The notes under the pieces are model-generated. The model was given only the letters and a program-made list of their open reading frames with translations. It was not told the DNA's origin and did no database searches. Source: an uncultured Akkermansia sp. (GTDB lineage Bacteria; Verrucomicrobiota; Verrucomicrobiia; Verrucomicrobiales; Akkermansiaceae). Taken from it: 64,000 nucleotides of DNA. A program made the translations under genes and the position numbers. Position 1 is the first letter of the stretch. Every line of letters starts with the position of its first letter. The stretch spans positions 54,757 through 118,756 of the forward strand of contig CANQAC010000001.1 of NCBI GenBank assembly GCA_947589345.1, written 5' to 3'. Below, in pieces: positions 1 through 10,045 of this stretch.

Positions 1-3000
1 ATTCTCGGCGAGTGAACGTTTCAGTGCGTGCATGTGCAATACGCGTTCTTCCACGGTATTGCGTGCGATCAGACGGCAAAGTGTCACTGGGTTGCGCTGC
101 CCGATTCGGTGGCTTCTGCCGGCAGCCTGAGCTTCCACGGCAGGATTCCACCACGGATCCAGCAAGATGACGTAATCTGCCGCAGTAAGATTGATACCAT
201 AGCCGCCGGCTTTCAGAGAAATGAGGAAAACTTGGATGTCGCTTTCTTGAAAGCTCTTAATGCGTTTGCTGCGGGAAGGGATGGAAGTATTGCCATCCAG
301 GCGTTCAAAGCTTATATTTTTATCATGTAGAGCAATTTGCGCAAGATCAAGCACGTCCGTGAACTGACTGAACACGAGGACTCGATGGCCGGCAGCACGG
401 AGATCTTGCACAAGAGCGACCATGGCTTGAAGTTTGGAGGATTCCCCGGTGAAGTCAGGCAGTACCAGCTTACCATGGCAGCAGAGGCGTCGTAATTTGG
501 TCAGTTCAGCAAGCAGCGAAATAGCCTGAGTCTGCTTGTCCATTCGTCGTACAGCGCTACGGCGAATTGCTTCGTACAGGGAGCGTTCCTCGGCATTCAG
601 TTCTACGCCTATCACCATTTCCGTGAGTTCTGGTAATTGGGGAAGCACGTCAGCTTTGGTGCGGCGCAGCACCAATGGCGCTACAAGATAACGCACTCTT
701 TCTACCAATTCTGTTGTAGCGTGTGCAAATCCTTTACGTGCGCCGAGTAGCCCGGGGTTGAGGAAGTGCATGAGACTCCATAGATCCAGCAGGCTGTTTT
801 CGATGGGGGTGCCAGTCATACAGATGCGTGCCGCGGCGTGTAACCGGCAAAGTGTCTGGGTGCGGTTGGAGGTCGGGTTTTTAATGGTCTGCGCTTCATC
901 TAGAACGATAAGATTCCATGATACACTCGCGAAGTACGCTTCATTTGCGGTGACTTGGCCGTAACTGGCAAGCATCACTTCGCCTGCAAAGGGTTTTCTG
1001 GTTTGAACGCCTTTTCGTGTCTCGCTGAAGGATATGACACGGAGCTTGGGAGCAAAACGTGCACTTTCTTCCAGCCAGTTGGCACAGAGAGTGAGCGGAA
1101 CAACCACAAGCGCCGGCCCGGCTGCGGCGCATGCGTGGAGCACTGCGAGCATCTGCAGAGTTTTTCCCAATCCCATATCATCTGCGAGAATGCACCCAAA
1201 GCCGGACCTCACACGAGCCATCATCCAGCGGTAGCCTGCCTCCTGATAGCTGCGCAGGTTCGCGCGTAATAATGGCGGCACTGTGAGTTCATCGTAGTGT
1301 CGCAGCTGTGCGGCGTAGTTTTTTAGATTTTGCGGTAAGTTGGTTCCTTTCCAGTTTTGTATGAGACAGGGTAGGGCGGCCGTTGGTAGCAGGTTGCCTT
1401 TTTTACACAATCGAGTAGTGCGGTCAAGAATGCTGAGCTGGTCAATAAGTGTGGACGACGTACTCAGGTAGCATCCGGAGTCAATAGGTAAGAAGTTGCC
1501 GATACGGGCGTGATATGCTTGCAACAGCTCAGTAAGCTGCAACACGCGATGTTCGTCTACTCGTAATCTTGCCCCAATTTCAAACCAACCGTCTTGCGAT
1601 TCTGTCGCTTTAAGTTCCAAGTTGGATTTTCCAAGTTCAAACAGGTGCAATGTTTTACTCTGATCCCCCGTCCAACGAATGTCGACACCGATGCGCGCAA
1701 GTCGCTGCATGGTGAGCAATAAATGATCACGGCCTGAGATGACATCGTTCAATGAGCCGGTGTTTATGCAATGTTCAAGTTCCGGCACAGTATTTGCAAT
1801 AAGTTTGATTTGTTCACGTTCCTGTGCTAAATCGCGTCTCACACACACAGAGCCGTGTGGAGTTTGGACGAGTAAAGCCGTGTTGCCGCAGCCAGGCATG
1901 GATCGGGCATCGGTGTCGTTACCGTGTTCAATGCATAGTTTGATGTGGAATCTTTCTTGCACTCCTTCTATCTCAATAATCGGCTGACATGCCGATATAA
2001 CGAAGCAGCGCAGGTTCTCCGGAATTTCTCCTTGAAGGGTGAAAAATTGCTCCAGAGTAAGGAGAAGCCAGCTAACGTAGGTAGGGTCTGAGATATCCAA
2101 TTTCACCGGGCCGCGCTCCAGATATTCTACAAGCGCTTGCATGCGCGGTGTAAAGGCGGGAATGCTCGCAGTGTCGCCGGTTTCATCCACGCTGAGATGG
2201 TAGTATTGTTTACGGTTCATGTGCAGAACAACGCATCCTTTTTTTACTTCCACAACGACCAAAGGACGTGTAGTGTAAAGTTGGATGTGGTGTCGGGTAG
2301 CTTTGCTTGCTATGCGGAGTCTCGGGTGTCCGACCATTTCTGTCAACGGTACGATGCCTGTGACGTCGCGGCGTTTCAACGCCCGAGCAAGAGACGCCAT
2401 GATCAGATCTTGTCCGCTTTGGCAATTTAAGACTTCTGTATCAGCAATGTCATCGAGTTCCAGCTTCTGCCCGATGAGATTGTTTTTTGTGTTCACAAGT
2501 CGTGGTTCAAGGGCCTCAATGTATCCGAATTGATCGGTATGTATGTCCCAGAAGAGTTGATATTCCGGTGGAGTATTCACATATTCAACGAGGGTGGAGA
2601 GCCGGCTCCACTGTACGCCGACATCATGAAGCTTCATTTCGTTGCGTTCATACATTGGGGCATACTTGTACCGGTGAAGAATGGCGCTGAGATTCTCGCG
2701 AGCATTTTTCGTTTGCCTTGGTACGTTGAGTAGAGCTGATGCCGCATAAAAGGCCAGCAAATGCAGGCCCATGGCATCTGCCTGTATAACGGCGTCGTTT
2801 AATTCCCGTATGGAGAGCTGAAGACCGGTGTTGCGCAGAATGCTTTGAATGCCCATGGCCAGAGGCAGCCGCGAAATGGGACCCCTCAGCGTCGGAATCT
2901 TCGTGTGATTCACACCACGATTCTCAACGCTATCCCACAGGTCCATGGTATCAAAGAAAGCATTGAGATCATCCGCCTGCTTACTGTCCATGGTCGGCAA

Positions 3001-3867
3001 ATAACACAAGAGAAGTTCTCTTGCGCTTCGCAGCCACAGTTCCACAACGCGCCGTTGTGCGTTGGCTCTCACGGCCACAATAAGCGCCACCAGCAATAGT
3101 ATTGCGCTTCGTTCTTCGCCGACGGTGTAGAGCAGTCCCTCCCGCGTTCCAAAAAGTTCCTTGAAGGCGCTGTACGCTTTCCCCCAATTTCCTGTGTACA
3201 GTTGCCGGAATGCGTGTACAGCCAGTACTTCTCTTCTATGTCGTGGCTCAGTTTCCTGCACATGATTTTCCTCGGGTGCATTTTCTCGAAATATCTCCCA
3301 TCCGAGTTTCAGGAGTGGCGGCAGACAGTGCGTGTCGACGCATAGCTCATCCGGCAATGCCTGCATACAGTAGCGACACGCCAGCATGCTTTCTATCTCA
3401 TCACGCGCGGCGCCCGGCGGTACGTACTCTGCCCCCATCCATCGGGTTCCCAACACCGCATCCCAAAAGAGCGCGTGCTCCATGTACGGTGAGCCTTGCA
3501 AAACTTCTCTCCGACTGCTCAGTTCGTAGCAGTGCAGGAATTCTTCTGTATCATCTCTCAAAAGAGCGTATCTCGCCGCGCTCATGACGCGCTCTTTTAT
3601 TGGTATTGCCGTGGCGTACATGCTTGTACGTGCGGCGCGTCGTTTCATGATTGTTTCGCTTAGTTGCCGGGCCGTCCCCTCTTTCATGTACATCTTTCGC
3701 AAGTCAGGGAAATCTGGCTGTTGGACCACACGGTACAAAGCCATGCGCTTTACCACACCTTTTGGTATCTCACCCCTTTCGGAGATGCTTTCAATTTCCT
3801 CTCGCGAAAGTGGTCCGCAGATGGCGCAACATTGCTTAATCAGTGTGATTTTTTCCCTTTCTTTCAT
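1..3867 (-). CDS. SNF2-family (SWI2/SNF2) DNA helicase/translocase, C-terminally truncated by the window edge
   Basis: Missing from the ORF track because it has no stop in the window. Manual translation of the minus frame gives motif I ILADDMGLGKT (~1150-1190), motif II IVLDEAQTIKN (~880-910) and C-terminal VFLISLKAGGYGINLTAADYVILLDPWWNPAVEAQAAGRSHRIGQ. ATG at 3867 follows AGGAAAGGG; in-frame upstream stop at 3889-3891. Frame spot-checked, not read codon by codon. Confidence 0.9.
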   Translation of the reverse strand, partial: MKEREKITLIKQCCAICGPLSREEIESISERGEIPKGVVKRMALYRVVQQPDFPDLRKMYMKEGTARQLSETIMKRRAARTSMYATAIPIKERVMSAARYALLRDDTEEFLHCYELSSRREVLQGSPYMEHALFWDAVLGTRWMGAEYVPPGAARDEIESMLACRYCMQALPDELCVDTHCLPPLLKLGWEIFRENAPEENHVQETEPRHRREVLAVHAFRQLYTGNWGKAYSAFKELFGTREGLLYTVGEERSAILLLVALIVAVRANAQRRVVELWLRSARELLLCYLPTMDSKQADDLNAFFDTMDLWDSVENRGVNHTKIPTLRGPISRLPLAMGIQSILRNTGLQLSIRELNDAVIQADAMGLHLLAFYAASALLNVPRQTKNARENLSAILHRYKYAPMYERNEMKLHDVGVQWSRLSTLVEYVNTPPEYQLFWDIHTDQFGYIEALEPRLVNTKNNLIGQKLELDDIADTEVLNCQSGQDLIMASLARALKRRDVTGIVPLTEMVGHPRLRIASKATRHHIQLYTTRPLVVVEVKKGCVVLHMNRKQYYHLSVDETGDTASIPAFTPRMQALVEYLERGPVKLDISDPTYVSWLLLTLEQFFTLQGEIPENLRCFVISACQPIIEIEGVQERFHIKLCIEHGNDTDARSMPGCGNTALLVQTPHGSVCVRRDLAQEREQIKLIANTVPELEHCINTGSLNDVISGRDHLLLTMQRLARIGVDIRWTGDQSKTLHLFELGKSNLELKATESQDGWFEIGARLRVDEHRVLQLTELLQAYHARIGNFLPIDSGCYLSTSSTLIDQLSILDRTTRLCKKGNLLPTAALPCLIQNWKGTNLPQNLKNYAAQLRHYDELTVPPLLRANLRSYQEAGYRWMMARVRSGFGCILADDMGLGKTLQMLAVLHACAAAGPALVVVPLTLCANWLEESARFAPKLRVISFSETRKGVQTRKPFAGEVMLASYGQVTANEAYFASVSWNLIVLDEAQTIKNPTSNRTQTLCRLHAAARICMTGTPIENSLLDLWSLMHFLNPGLLGARKGFAHATTELVERVRYLVAPLVLRRTKADVLPQLPELTEMVIGVELNAEERSLYEAIRRSAVRRMDKQTQAISLLAELTKLRRLCCHGKLVLPDFTGESSKLQAMVALVQDLRAAGHRVLVFSQFTDVLDLAQIALHDKNISFERLDGNTSIPSRSKRIKSFQESDIQVFLISLKAGGYGINLTAADYVILLDPWWNPAVEAQAAGRSHRIGQRNPVTLCRLIARNTVEERVLHMHALKRSLAEN

Positions 3868-4007
3868 CCCTTTCCTTGATTCTCTTCCTCATTCTATCAG
3901 TTTTTCCTTTGTTGGAAAACACTATTCTTTTCCGCAGTTCTGTGTTGCTTGCAGCTTTTTTGAGGAAGAAGATTTTCCCTCATGCGGATGAGGGAGAAAT
4001 AAGGCGC

Positions 4008-4547
4008 TTAATTCAACGTATTGAGGGATGAGAAGCCGAAAGCTCCGGCCACCCACTGAGTTCCCGGGGACTGGAGAGCAAAGTTATAGGTGCGAGCTTT
4101 TAGATTGTAGATTCGGGTTGATTCATCCTGCCGGAAGAGGCAGAGCGATACATGGTTCATGAGTTCTGTGAGTTCAGCGTCTGCATTGATTCCCTCATTG
4201 GTTTCCATCGCGCGGGCCGTTCCTGTCACAATGTCGCGCAGCTTGCGTTCTGCGTGGCACAAGTGCCGCAATTCGTCATTTGGCGGAGGATCTCGGAAGA
4301 GGGCGAGAACGCGTTGAGTATCGTCCGTCAGCCTTTTCAAGCGGCGAGGTCTTACGTCCCCCTGTGGTAAGGATCCGCTCAGGTAAACACTCAACTCCAG
4401 CAAATAAGAATTACGCTGCTGAGTGGCTTGCCCCCAACGCATCCAAGCGTAATGAGCTTCTTGTCGCAGATGGTAAAGTTTGATATAGGTTGCCACAATC
4501 CAAGTGAGCACGGCCACGAGAATTCCCACGGGTACAGCGTATTCCAT
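4008..4547 (-). CDS. LemA-family membrane protein
   Basis: N-terminal TM helix followed by YIKL..LRQ, and C-terminal YN..ARTYN....P...VA..FGF pattern typical of LemA. Confidence 0.7.
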   Translation of the reverse strand: MEYAVPVGILVAVLTWIVATYIKLYHLRQEAHYAWMRWGQATQQRNSYLLELSVYLSGSLPQGDVRPRRLKRLTDDTQRVLALFRDPPPNDELRHLCHAERKLRDIVTGTARAMETNEGINADAELTELMNHVSLCLFRQDESTRIYNLKARTYNFALQSPGTQWVAGAFGFSSLNTLN

Positions 4548-4703
4548 AGGTCGCCATTCTCCTCTACCACGTCAGCCGTTGCAAGTTGTTTGACCCACCT
4601 GTTTGTGCGGCGGGTACAGAAAGCATGAAGGAAAGCAGCTCTGCGTCTGTGAAGATTGCGTCGTCGGCGTCGATTCGCTTGCCGTCCACCGTGCTCTCGG
4701 CTT

Positions 4704-4934
4704 CTACCACTCGGAGATGTCTCGACCTTGGGCATCATCGAAGGATCCGATGACGATGCGCACGATATCAATGATTTGCCAGATGAGGAAGCCTCCGGCC
4801 GTGATAAGCTGAATGATGCCAGAGATGATTTTACCGGAATAAAAACGGTGCAGCCCCCCCAATCCGATAACGAAGAGGAGACATGCGAGAATGAGAGTCA
4901 GAGTACGTGAGCGTGGGGAAGTGGAAATAGCCAT
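4704..4934 (-). CDS. TM2 domain-containing small membrane protein
   Basis: LILACLLFVIGLGGLHRFYSGKIISGIIQLITAGGFLIWQIID matches the TM2 signature (G.HRFY.G...G). Confidence 0.85.
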   Translation of the reverse strand: MAISTSPRSRTLTLILACLLFVIGLGGLHRFYSGKIISGIIQLITAGGFLIWQIIDIVRIVIGSFDDAQGRDISEW

Positions 4935-5051
4935 GACTTCATGCTAGCACGAGCAGAAGAGACAGAGCAAGCCGTAAAAAAATATATTAGTTTGTTGCAC
5001 GGAGTGGAATTTTGTGTGACAAGCGCAACCAAATCCTGTATAGTTCAGGGT

Positions 5052-6140
5052 ATGACTCAACCGGATTTTTTACCTGTACGCGATTTGGACAGCCGGGCAA
5101 TTCGCCACTTGCCGAAAAGAGCCGGAGTATCAAGTGGTGATGTAGATGTGGATGCGAGACTTGATGAAGTGGTGCAGAAGATATGCGGGAAGCATGATGT
5201 GGCCGTGGTGAGACGACTGCTAGGTGCGGCTTTGAACGCAGCTGCAGGAAATATTGATGAGCATGACCTGGAGATGATGAGTCGTACGCTGGATGAAATG
5301 TTGGCTGCGGACAAGATGTTCATGCCTTTTCGCAATGTACGCAAGATCACTTGTTTTGGTTCTGCGCGCATCAAGGAAAATGAACCCGCGTACCAGCAGG
5401 CTTATTTGTTCGCGCAGATGGCAGCTAAGCAGGGTTATATGGTCATTACCGGTGGCGGCCCCGGCATTATGCAGGCCTGCAACGAAGGAGCCACTGAGCA
5501 TTTTTCCTTCGGGTTGAATATCGCACTCCCCTACGAGCAGCACGCCAATCATGTGGTGGATGGCAGTGATAAGATGATGAACTTTTACTACTTCTATACG
5601 CGTAAGCTTAATTTTCTGAAGCAGACGGACGCTTTAGTTGCTTTCCCCGGCGGCTTTGGCACCATGGATGAAATCTACGAATGCATTACTTTGATGCAGA
5701 CCGGAAAGTCTACGCTTTTCCCCATCGTTCTGCTCGATCCGCCGGGTGAGACATTCTGGGGGCGATGGGTGCATTTTATTCGCAAAGAATTACTGGAGGC
5801 TGGTCTCATTTCGCCGGAGGACATGAGCCTGCTCTACGTGAGCAAGAGTCCCGAGGATGCTCTGGCAGTCATTGAGCGCTTTTACAGCTGTTTCCATTCT
5901 TATTATTTCAGCGGAGAACTCTTGAGCATTCGCACCATGCACGAACTGAGCACGAAGACGCTCGACTGGATTCGAGAGACTTTTAGCGACCTTATCCCCA
6001 ACGACGACATGGAGCAGTTAGCGGGAGATGAGCATGACCCGGAACCCATGCTTGTGAACCTGCCGCGCCTGCGCTTTACCCTGCGCCGTGGCCGTTATGC
6101 CCGCTTACGCGAACTGATAGACGCAATCAATGATGATTGA
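5052..6140 (+). CDS. LOG-family Rossmann-fold protein (TIGR00730-like nucleotide phosphoribohydrolase)
   Basis: FGSAR, ITGGGPGIMQA, FYYFYTRK, AFPGGFGTMDE motifs; start set at 5052 downstream of GTGACA-N17-TATAGT. Confidence 0.88.
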   Translation: MTQPDFLPVRDLDSRAIRHLPKRAGVSSGDVDVDARLDEVVQKICGKHDVAVVRRLLGAALNAAAGNIDEHDLEMMSRTLDEMLAADKMFMPFRNVRKITCFGSARIKENEPAYQQAYLFAQMAAKQGYMVITGGGPGIMQACNEGATEHFSFGLNIALPYEQHANHVVDGSDKMMNFYYFYTRKLNFLKQTDALVAFPGGFGTMDEIYECITLMQTGKSTLFPIVLLDPPGETFWGRWVHFIRKELLEAGLISPEDMSLLYVSKSPEDALAVIERFYSCFHSYYFSGELLSIRTMHELSTKTLDWIRETFSDLIPNDDMEQLAGDEHDPEPMLVNLPRLRFTLRRGRYARLRELIDAINDD

Positions 6141-6161
6141 CCCCAACTTTCACTGCCTCTC

Positions 6162-7319
6162 ATGAAAAAAGTCTTTGTTTCTGGAGCCTTTAGTGTGATC
6201 CACGCCGGACATCTTCAATTCCTGCGTGATGCTCGTGCGTTGGGTGACTATCTCATTGTGAGTTATCCATCGGAAAAACTGCTCTGGTCCCTGTACGGGC
6301 GTAAATCCGTGCTGCATGATGAAGATAAAGCTGCCGTACTCGCCGCTCTGGACGTAGTAGATGAGGTGGTGCTTTCCACCGATGAGGAAGTGGAAGTATC
6401 GTTCCGCAGCGTGTTCGAAAGGGTACGCCCAGATGTGCTGGCTGTGACTACAGATGACCGGTACATGGAAGCTAAGCGTGCCTTGTGCCAACAGTTGGGA
6501 GCAGAGTTTGTCGTGCTCCCGAAAACAGCGCCGAGTGACACACAGATGACCAGCAGTACTGATTTGCTGAACCGCGCTAAAGCTCCAGCCCATGTTCCGC
6601 TGAGGGTTGACTTTGCCGGGGGATGGTTGGATGTACCGGCAAATGCACGCGCTGGCGAATATATTGTCAATTGTGCGATCTCTCCCACTGTTTCCCTGTG
6701 CGATTGGGAGTATCGTCAGGGAGCCGGTCTTGGTGGCAGCGGTGGGTGGAGCGTTTTGAACGGATGGGATCCTGTGCATTCGGAATTGCAACTTGGTGTG
6801 GGTTGGCAGGATCCGGCTGTTATTGCTGAAACAGGTGCTTGCGTTTGGAAATCTGGCCCGCGGCCCGTGCTTGATTTTAAAAACACGGGCGCGTTCCTGA
6901 CCGGACGCATGGCGGTATTTGATACCTGTATTCGCCACGATACCCCGGGCCTCGCCTCGCTTCCGCGTAACTTGGATGCTATCGCTCGCGCCGGGCGTGT
7001 GGCCCGACTTGGTGTACAGCAGCAGGATGTGACGGCCTTGGCTGTGGCAGTGCAGATGAGCTACCGTGCTCAACTTGAAGAAGGTATGCAACCCCTGGCA
7101 GAGGTAGGACGCTCATTGGCTCACAAATATTGCGGCGGCGGACATGGTGGATATGCAGTGTATTTGTACGAAACCCAGGAAGATCGTGCAGCTGCTCTGG
7201 AGCTGTGTGAAGCTCTTTATCCGGTAGAGCCCTACTGCCGTACTTTTGGCCGTGATGAACCTGTGCCATGGGAGCCAAAGTTTCTTGCGCGTATGCGCCG
7301 TAGTCGTCAACAGGTCTAA
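6162..7319 (+). CDS. Cytidylyltransferase-like (HxGH) domain fused to a GHMP-kinase-like domain
   Basis: N-terminal VFVSGAFSVIHAGH; C-terminal PLRVDFAGGWLDVP, GAGLGGSGG and KYCGGGHGGY GHMP-like motifs. Confidence 0.75.
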   Translation: MKKVFVSGAFSVIHAGHLQFLRDARALGDYLIVSYPSEKLLWSLYGRKSVLHDEDKAAVLAALDVVDEVVLSTDEEVEVSFRSVFERVRPDVLAVTTDDRYMEAKRALCQQLGAEFVVLPKTAPSDTQMTSSTDLLNRAKAPAHVPLRVDFAGGWLDVPANARAGEYIVNCAISPTVSLCDWEYRQGAGLGGSGGWSVLNGWDPVHSELQLGVGWQDPAVIAETGACVWKSGPRPVLDFKNTGAFLTGRMAVFDTCIRHDTPGLASLPRNLDAIARAGRVARLGVQQQDVTALAVAVQMSYRAQLEEGMQPLAEVGRSLAHKYCGGGHGGYAVYLYETQEDRAAALELCEALYPVEPYCRTFGRDEPVPWEPKFLARMRRSRQQV

Positions 7320-7335
7320 ATACACTGCTGCAGAC

Positions 7336-7770
7336 ATGTCCGCTACACCCTCCAAACCTCGTGTCATGGTATCTGGCTGCTTCGATGTACTCCACAGTGG
7401 TCATATCGCTTTTTTGGAAGAGGCTGCAAGCCATGGGGAACTTTACGTGTCGCTTGGTTCGGATCGAACGGTGATGGAACTTAAGCACCGTCCCACCCTT
7501 TATAATGAGCAGGAGCGGAAGTACATGTTGGAGGCTCTGCGCTGCGTAAAAAAAGTGTATATCGGTCCCGGCTCCGGGAAATTGGACTTTGCTCCTCTGC
7601 TGGATGTAGTAAAGCCGGATATCTTCTTTGTGAACAGTGATGGATCCGACGATGAAAAGCGTGCTTTCATTGAGTCACGAAGCATTCGTTATATCGTCAG
7701 CTCACGTGTCCCGCATACTGGTCTGCCGATGCGTTCCACGACGGATATACGCCGTCAGCTCGGTAAGTAG
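7336..7770 (+). CDS. Adenylyl/cytidylyltransferase family protein
   Basis: VSGCFDVLHSGH (HxGH) motif, LGSDRTV..LK, C-terminal RSTT. Confidence 0.85.
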   Translation: MSATPSKPRVMVSGCFDVLHSGHIAFLEEAASHGELYVSLGSDRTVMELKHRPTLYNEQERKYMLEALRCVKKVYIGPGSGKLDFAPLLDVVKPDIFFVNSDGSDDEKRAFIESRSIRYIVSSRVPHTGLPMRSTTDIRRQLGK

Positions 7771-8054
7771 TGTTGAAGGCAAGGACAAAAGCAACGGATG
7801 ACAAAAGGAGCGGGAATCGTGCAGGGGGAGAGATGAGAGCTCAAGGGTTTAAGCGCTCAGGTGCGAAAGATGGCGTCGTGGATTGATTTTTATCCGGAGA
7901 TTAATGAACCGGACTTTTTTAAGGGATTGTTATGCTTTGCAATGAGGCAGCCGGCCCCTGTTTGAGCTGCGATTTGTGTTGCTTGTCATTTCGCCCTGCG
8001 CAATATGTTTTCTACCAGACAATGTGCTTGATTAGTACAAAATGCGGGCGTATA

Positions 8055-9050
8055 ATGGCACGCGTGAGTGAGCTGAAGGATGCAGCTTTGCGCGCATACC
8101 GTGCCATGTGTACGGCGCGCGCGTTTGATACAAAGGTTTCCGCCCTCTACAAGGCCGGCAAGATCTTCGGCGGGGTTTTCTTGGGCCGAGGACATGAGGC
8201 CATCGCCGCTTGCGAAGCTGTATTTCTCCGGAAGGGACGCGACGTGTACAACCCCTTCATCCGCGAGATGGCCGGTCGCTGTGCTTGGAGTGATGACGCC
8301 GTACTGGAGTCGGCACGCTCGTATTTTGGCAGCGCCCTGGGTTGCATGGGCGGCAAGGATGGCAATGTGCACTGGGGCATCCCCGCGCAGGGCATTCCCG
8401 CCCCGATTTCTCACCTCGGCGCCATGGTTTCTGTCGTAGCGGGCATGATGTTTGCCAAGCGTATGCAGGGCGTGAGGGACTGCGTCGGCGTGGTCAATAT
8501 CGGGGATGGAGCCACGTCTGTCGGCGCCGCGCATGAGGGTTTCAATTTGATCGCCGTGGAAAAGCTTCCGGTTGTCATCGTCGTCTCCAACAACCAATAC
8601 GCCTACTCGACGCCGAACAGTCAGGAGTTCGCCTGCGCTTCTCTGGCGGATCGCGGTCGCGGCTACGGCTTGCCCGCTTACGAGTGCGACGGTACGGATC
8701 TGCTGCAGACGCTGGACGTCATGCAGCGCGCGATTTCCGCCGCCCGCTGCGGGGAGGGCCCCCAGTGGATCGTTGCCGATACCCTCCGAATGTGCGGTCA
8801 CGGCGAGCACGATGATGCTTCCTACATCCCGGATGAAGTCCGACAAAAATACGCGCACAAGGATCCCCTGGAGGTGGCGCGGCGTGAGCTCATGGAGCAG
8901 GGATGGCTCGATGAGCAGGAGGATGCCTCTCTGCAGGCAGAGGTGCGCGATTTTGTGCAAAAGGCTTTCGCTCAGGCGCAGCGAGAAGCCACCCCCAACC
9001 CGCAATCCATGGATTGGAGCGCCGTTTCCTGGAAACCCGTACGAACATGA
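8055..9050 (+). CDS. 2-oxoacid (pyruvate/branched-chain) dehydrogenase E1 alpha subunit
   Basis: TPP-binding GDGA...N(N) motif, RMCGHGEHDD. The true start may be GTG at 8064 because the -10 box overlaps ATG 8055. Confidence 0.92.
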   Translation: MARVSELKDAALRAYRAMCTARAFDTKVSALYKAGKIFGGVFLGRGHEAIAACEAVFLRKGRDVYNPFIREMAGRCAWSDDAVLESARSYFGSALGCMGGKDGNVHWGIPAQGIPAPISHLGAMVSVVAGMMFAKRMQGVRDCVGVVNIGDGATSVGAAHEGFNLIAVEKLPVVIVVSNNQYAYSTPNSQEFACASLADRGRGYGLPAYECDGTDLLQTLDVMQRAISAARCGEGPQWIVADTLRMCGHGEHDDASYIPDEVRQKYAHKDPLEVARRELMEQGWLDEQEDASLQAEVRDFVQKAFAQAQREATPNPQSMDWSAVSWKPVRT

Positions 9051-10021
9051 GCGTGACTTACATCGATGCCATTCATCAGGCGATGGAAGAGTTGCTGGAG
9101 GAGGACCCGCTCGTCTTCATCTACGGGGAGGACATTGCCGGCAAGTTCGGCGGCGCCTTCAAGGCGACCAAGGGGCTCGCGGATCGTTTCCCGGACCGCG
9201 TGCGCAACGCCCCGATCAGCGAGGACGCTATCATGGGAATGGCTATCGGCGCTGCCATCGGCGGTCTGCACCCCATCGTGGAAATGCAGTTCGCGGATTT
9301 CGGCACGCTCGCCCTCAACCAGATGGGCAACAACGCCGGCGCCCACTTCTTCCGCACGGGTCTCCCCGTGAATGTCACCATGCGTATGCCCTGCGGCGGC
9401 ACACCCGGCGGCGGTCCGTTTCACAGTCAAAGCGTGGAAGCTCTCTTTGCGCATTACCCCGGCGTTCACGTCTTCACCCCCGCCACCGTGGCGGATGCCT
9501 ACTTCATGCTCAAACAGGCGGTGCAGATTCCCGATCCTGTTGTGTTCATGGAAAACAAGTTCCTCTACCGCTGGCTCAAGGCGGACACCTGGCTGGAGGA
9601 CGAGCCCTTGCCCGTCGGACGCGCCCGCATCGCCCGCGAGGGGGAGCACGCCACCGTGGTCGCTTTTTCCGCCATGGTGCCGGAAGCGCTCAAGGCTGCC
9701 CACGACCTTGCGGAGCAGAGCGGCTACGAACTCGAGGTGGTGGACCTGCGTTCCGTCAAACCTCTGGACACCGATACGATCCTCGCCTCGGTGGCGCGTA
9801 CGGCTCGTCTGCTGGTGGTGAGCGAGGATTTTCCGTGGGGCGGCGTGGCGTCGGAGGTGGTCTCCCGCGTGGTGGCGCAGGGGATGCACTTGCTGGATGC
9901 ACCGCCGCTTCGGCTCACGTCCAAGGAAAGCCCCATCCCCTACCATCCCGACCTCTGGCGGACGCATCGTCCGAGCAGCTCCACCATCGCGGAGGCCGCT
10001 CGCTACCTCATCTCTCTTTAA
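9047..10021 (+). CDS. 2-oxoacid dehydrogenase E1 beta subunit
   Basis: GEDI..FGG.FKAT, NAPISE, VEMQFADF, GGPFHSQS, VVDLRSVKPLD; ATGA overlap with E1 alpha. Confidence 0.93.
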   Translation: MSVTYIDAIHQAMEELLEEDPLVFIYGEDIAGKFGGAFKATKGLADRFPDRVRNAPISEDAIMGMAIGAAIGGLHPIVEMQFADFGTLALNQMGNNAGAHFFRTGLPVNVTMRMPCGGTPGGGPFHSQSVEALFAHYPGVHVFTPATVADAYFMLKQAVQIPDPVVFMENKFLYRWLKADTWLEDEPLPVGRARIAREGEHATVVAFSAMVPEALKAAHDLAEQSGYELEVVDLRSVKPLDTDTILASVARTARLLVVSEDFPWGGVASEVVSRVVAQGMHLLDAPPLRLTSKESPIPYHPDLWRTHRPSSSTIAEAARYLISL

Positions 10022-10045
10022 CTCACCCTCGCATCCCTCACTCCT

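Noticed and set aside
4941-5051. Longest-ORF 5' extensions (4941, 7932, 29499, 32306, 39141, 54538, 57795 and similar)
   Set aside because: They overlap the genes' own promoters; downstream starts fit the promoter/RBS positions and the expected protein N-termini.
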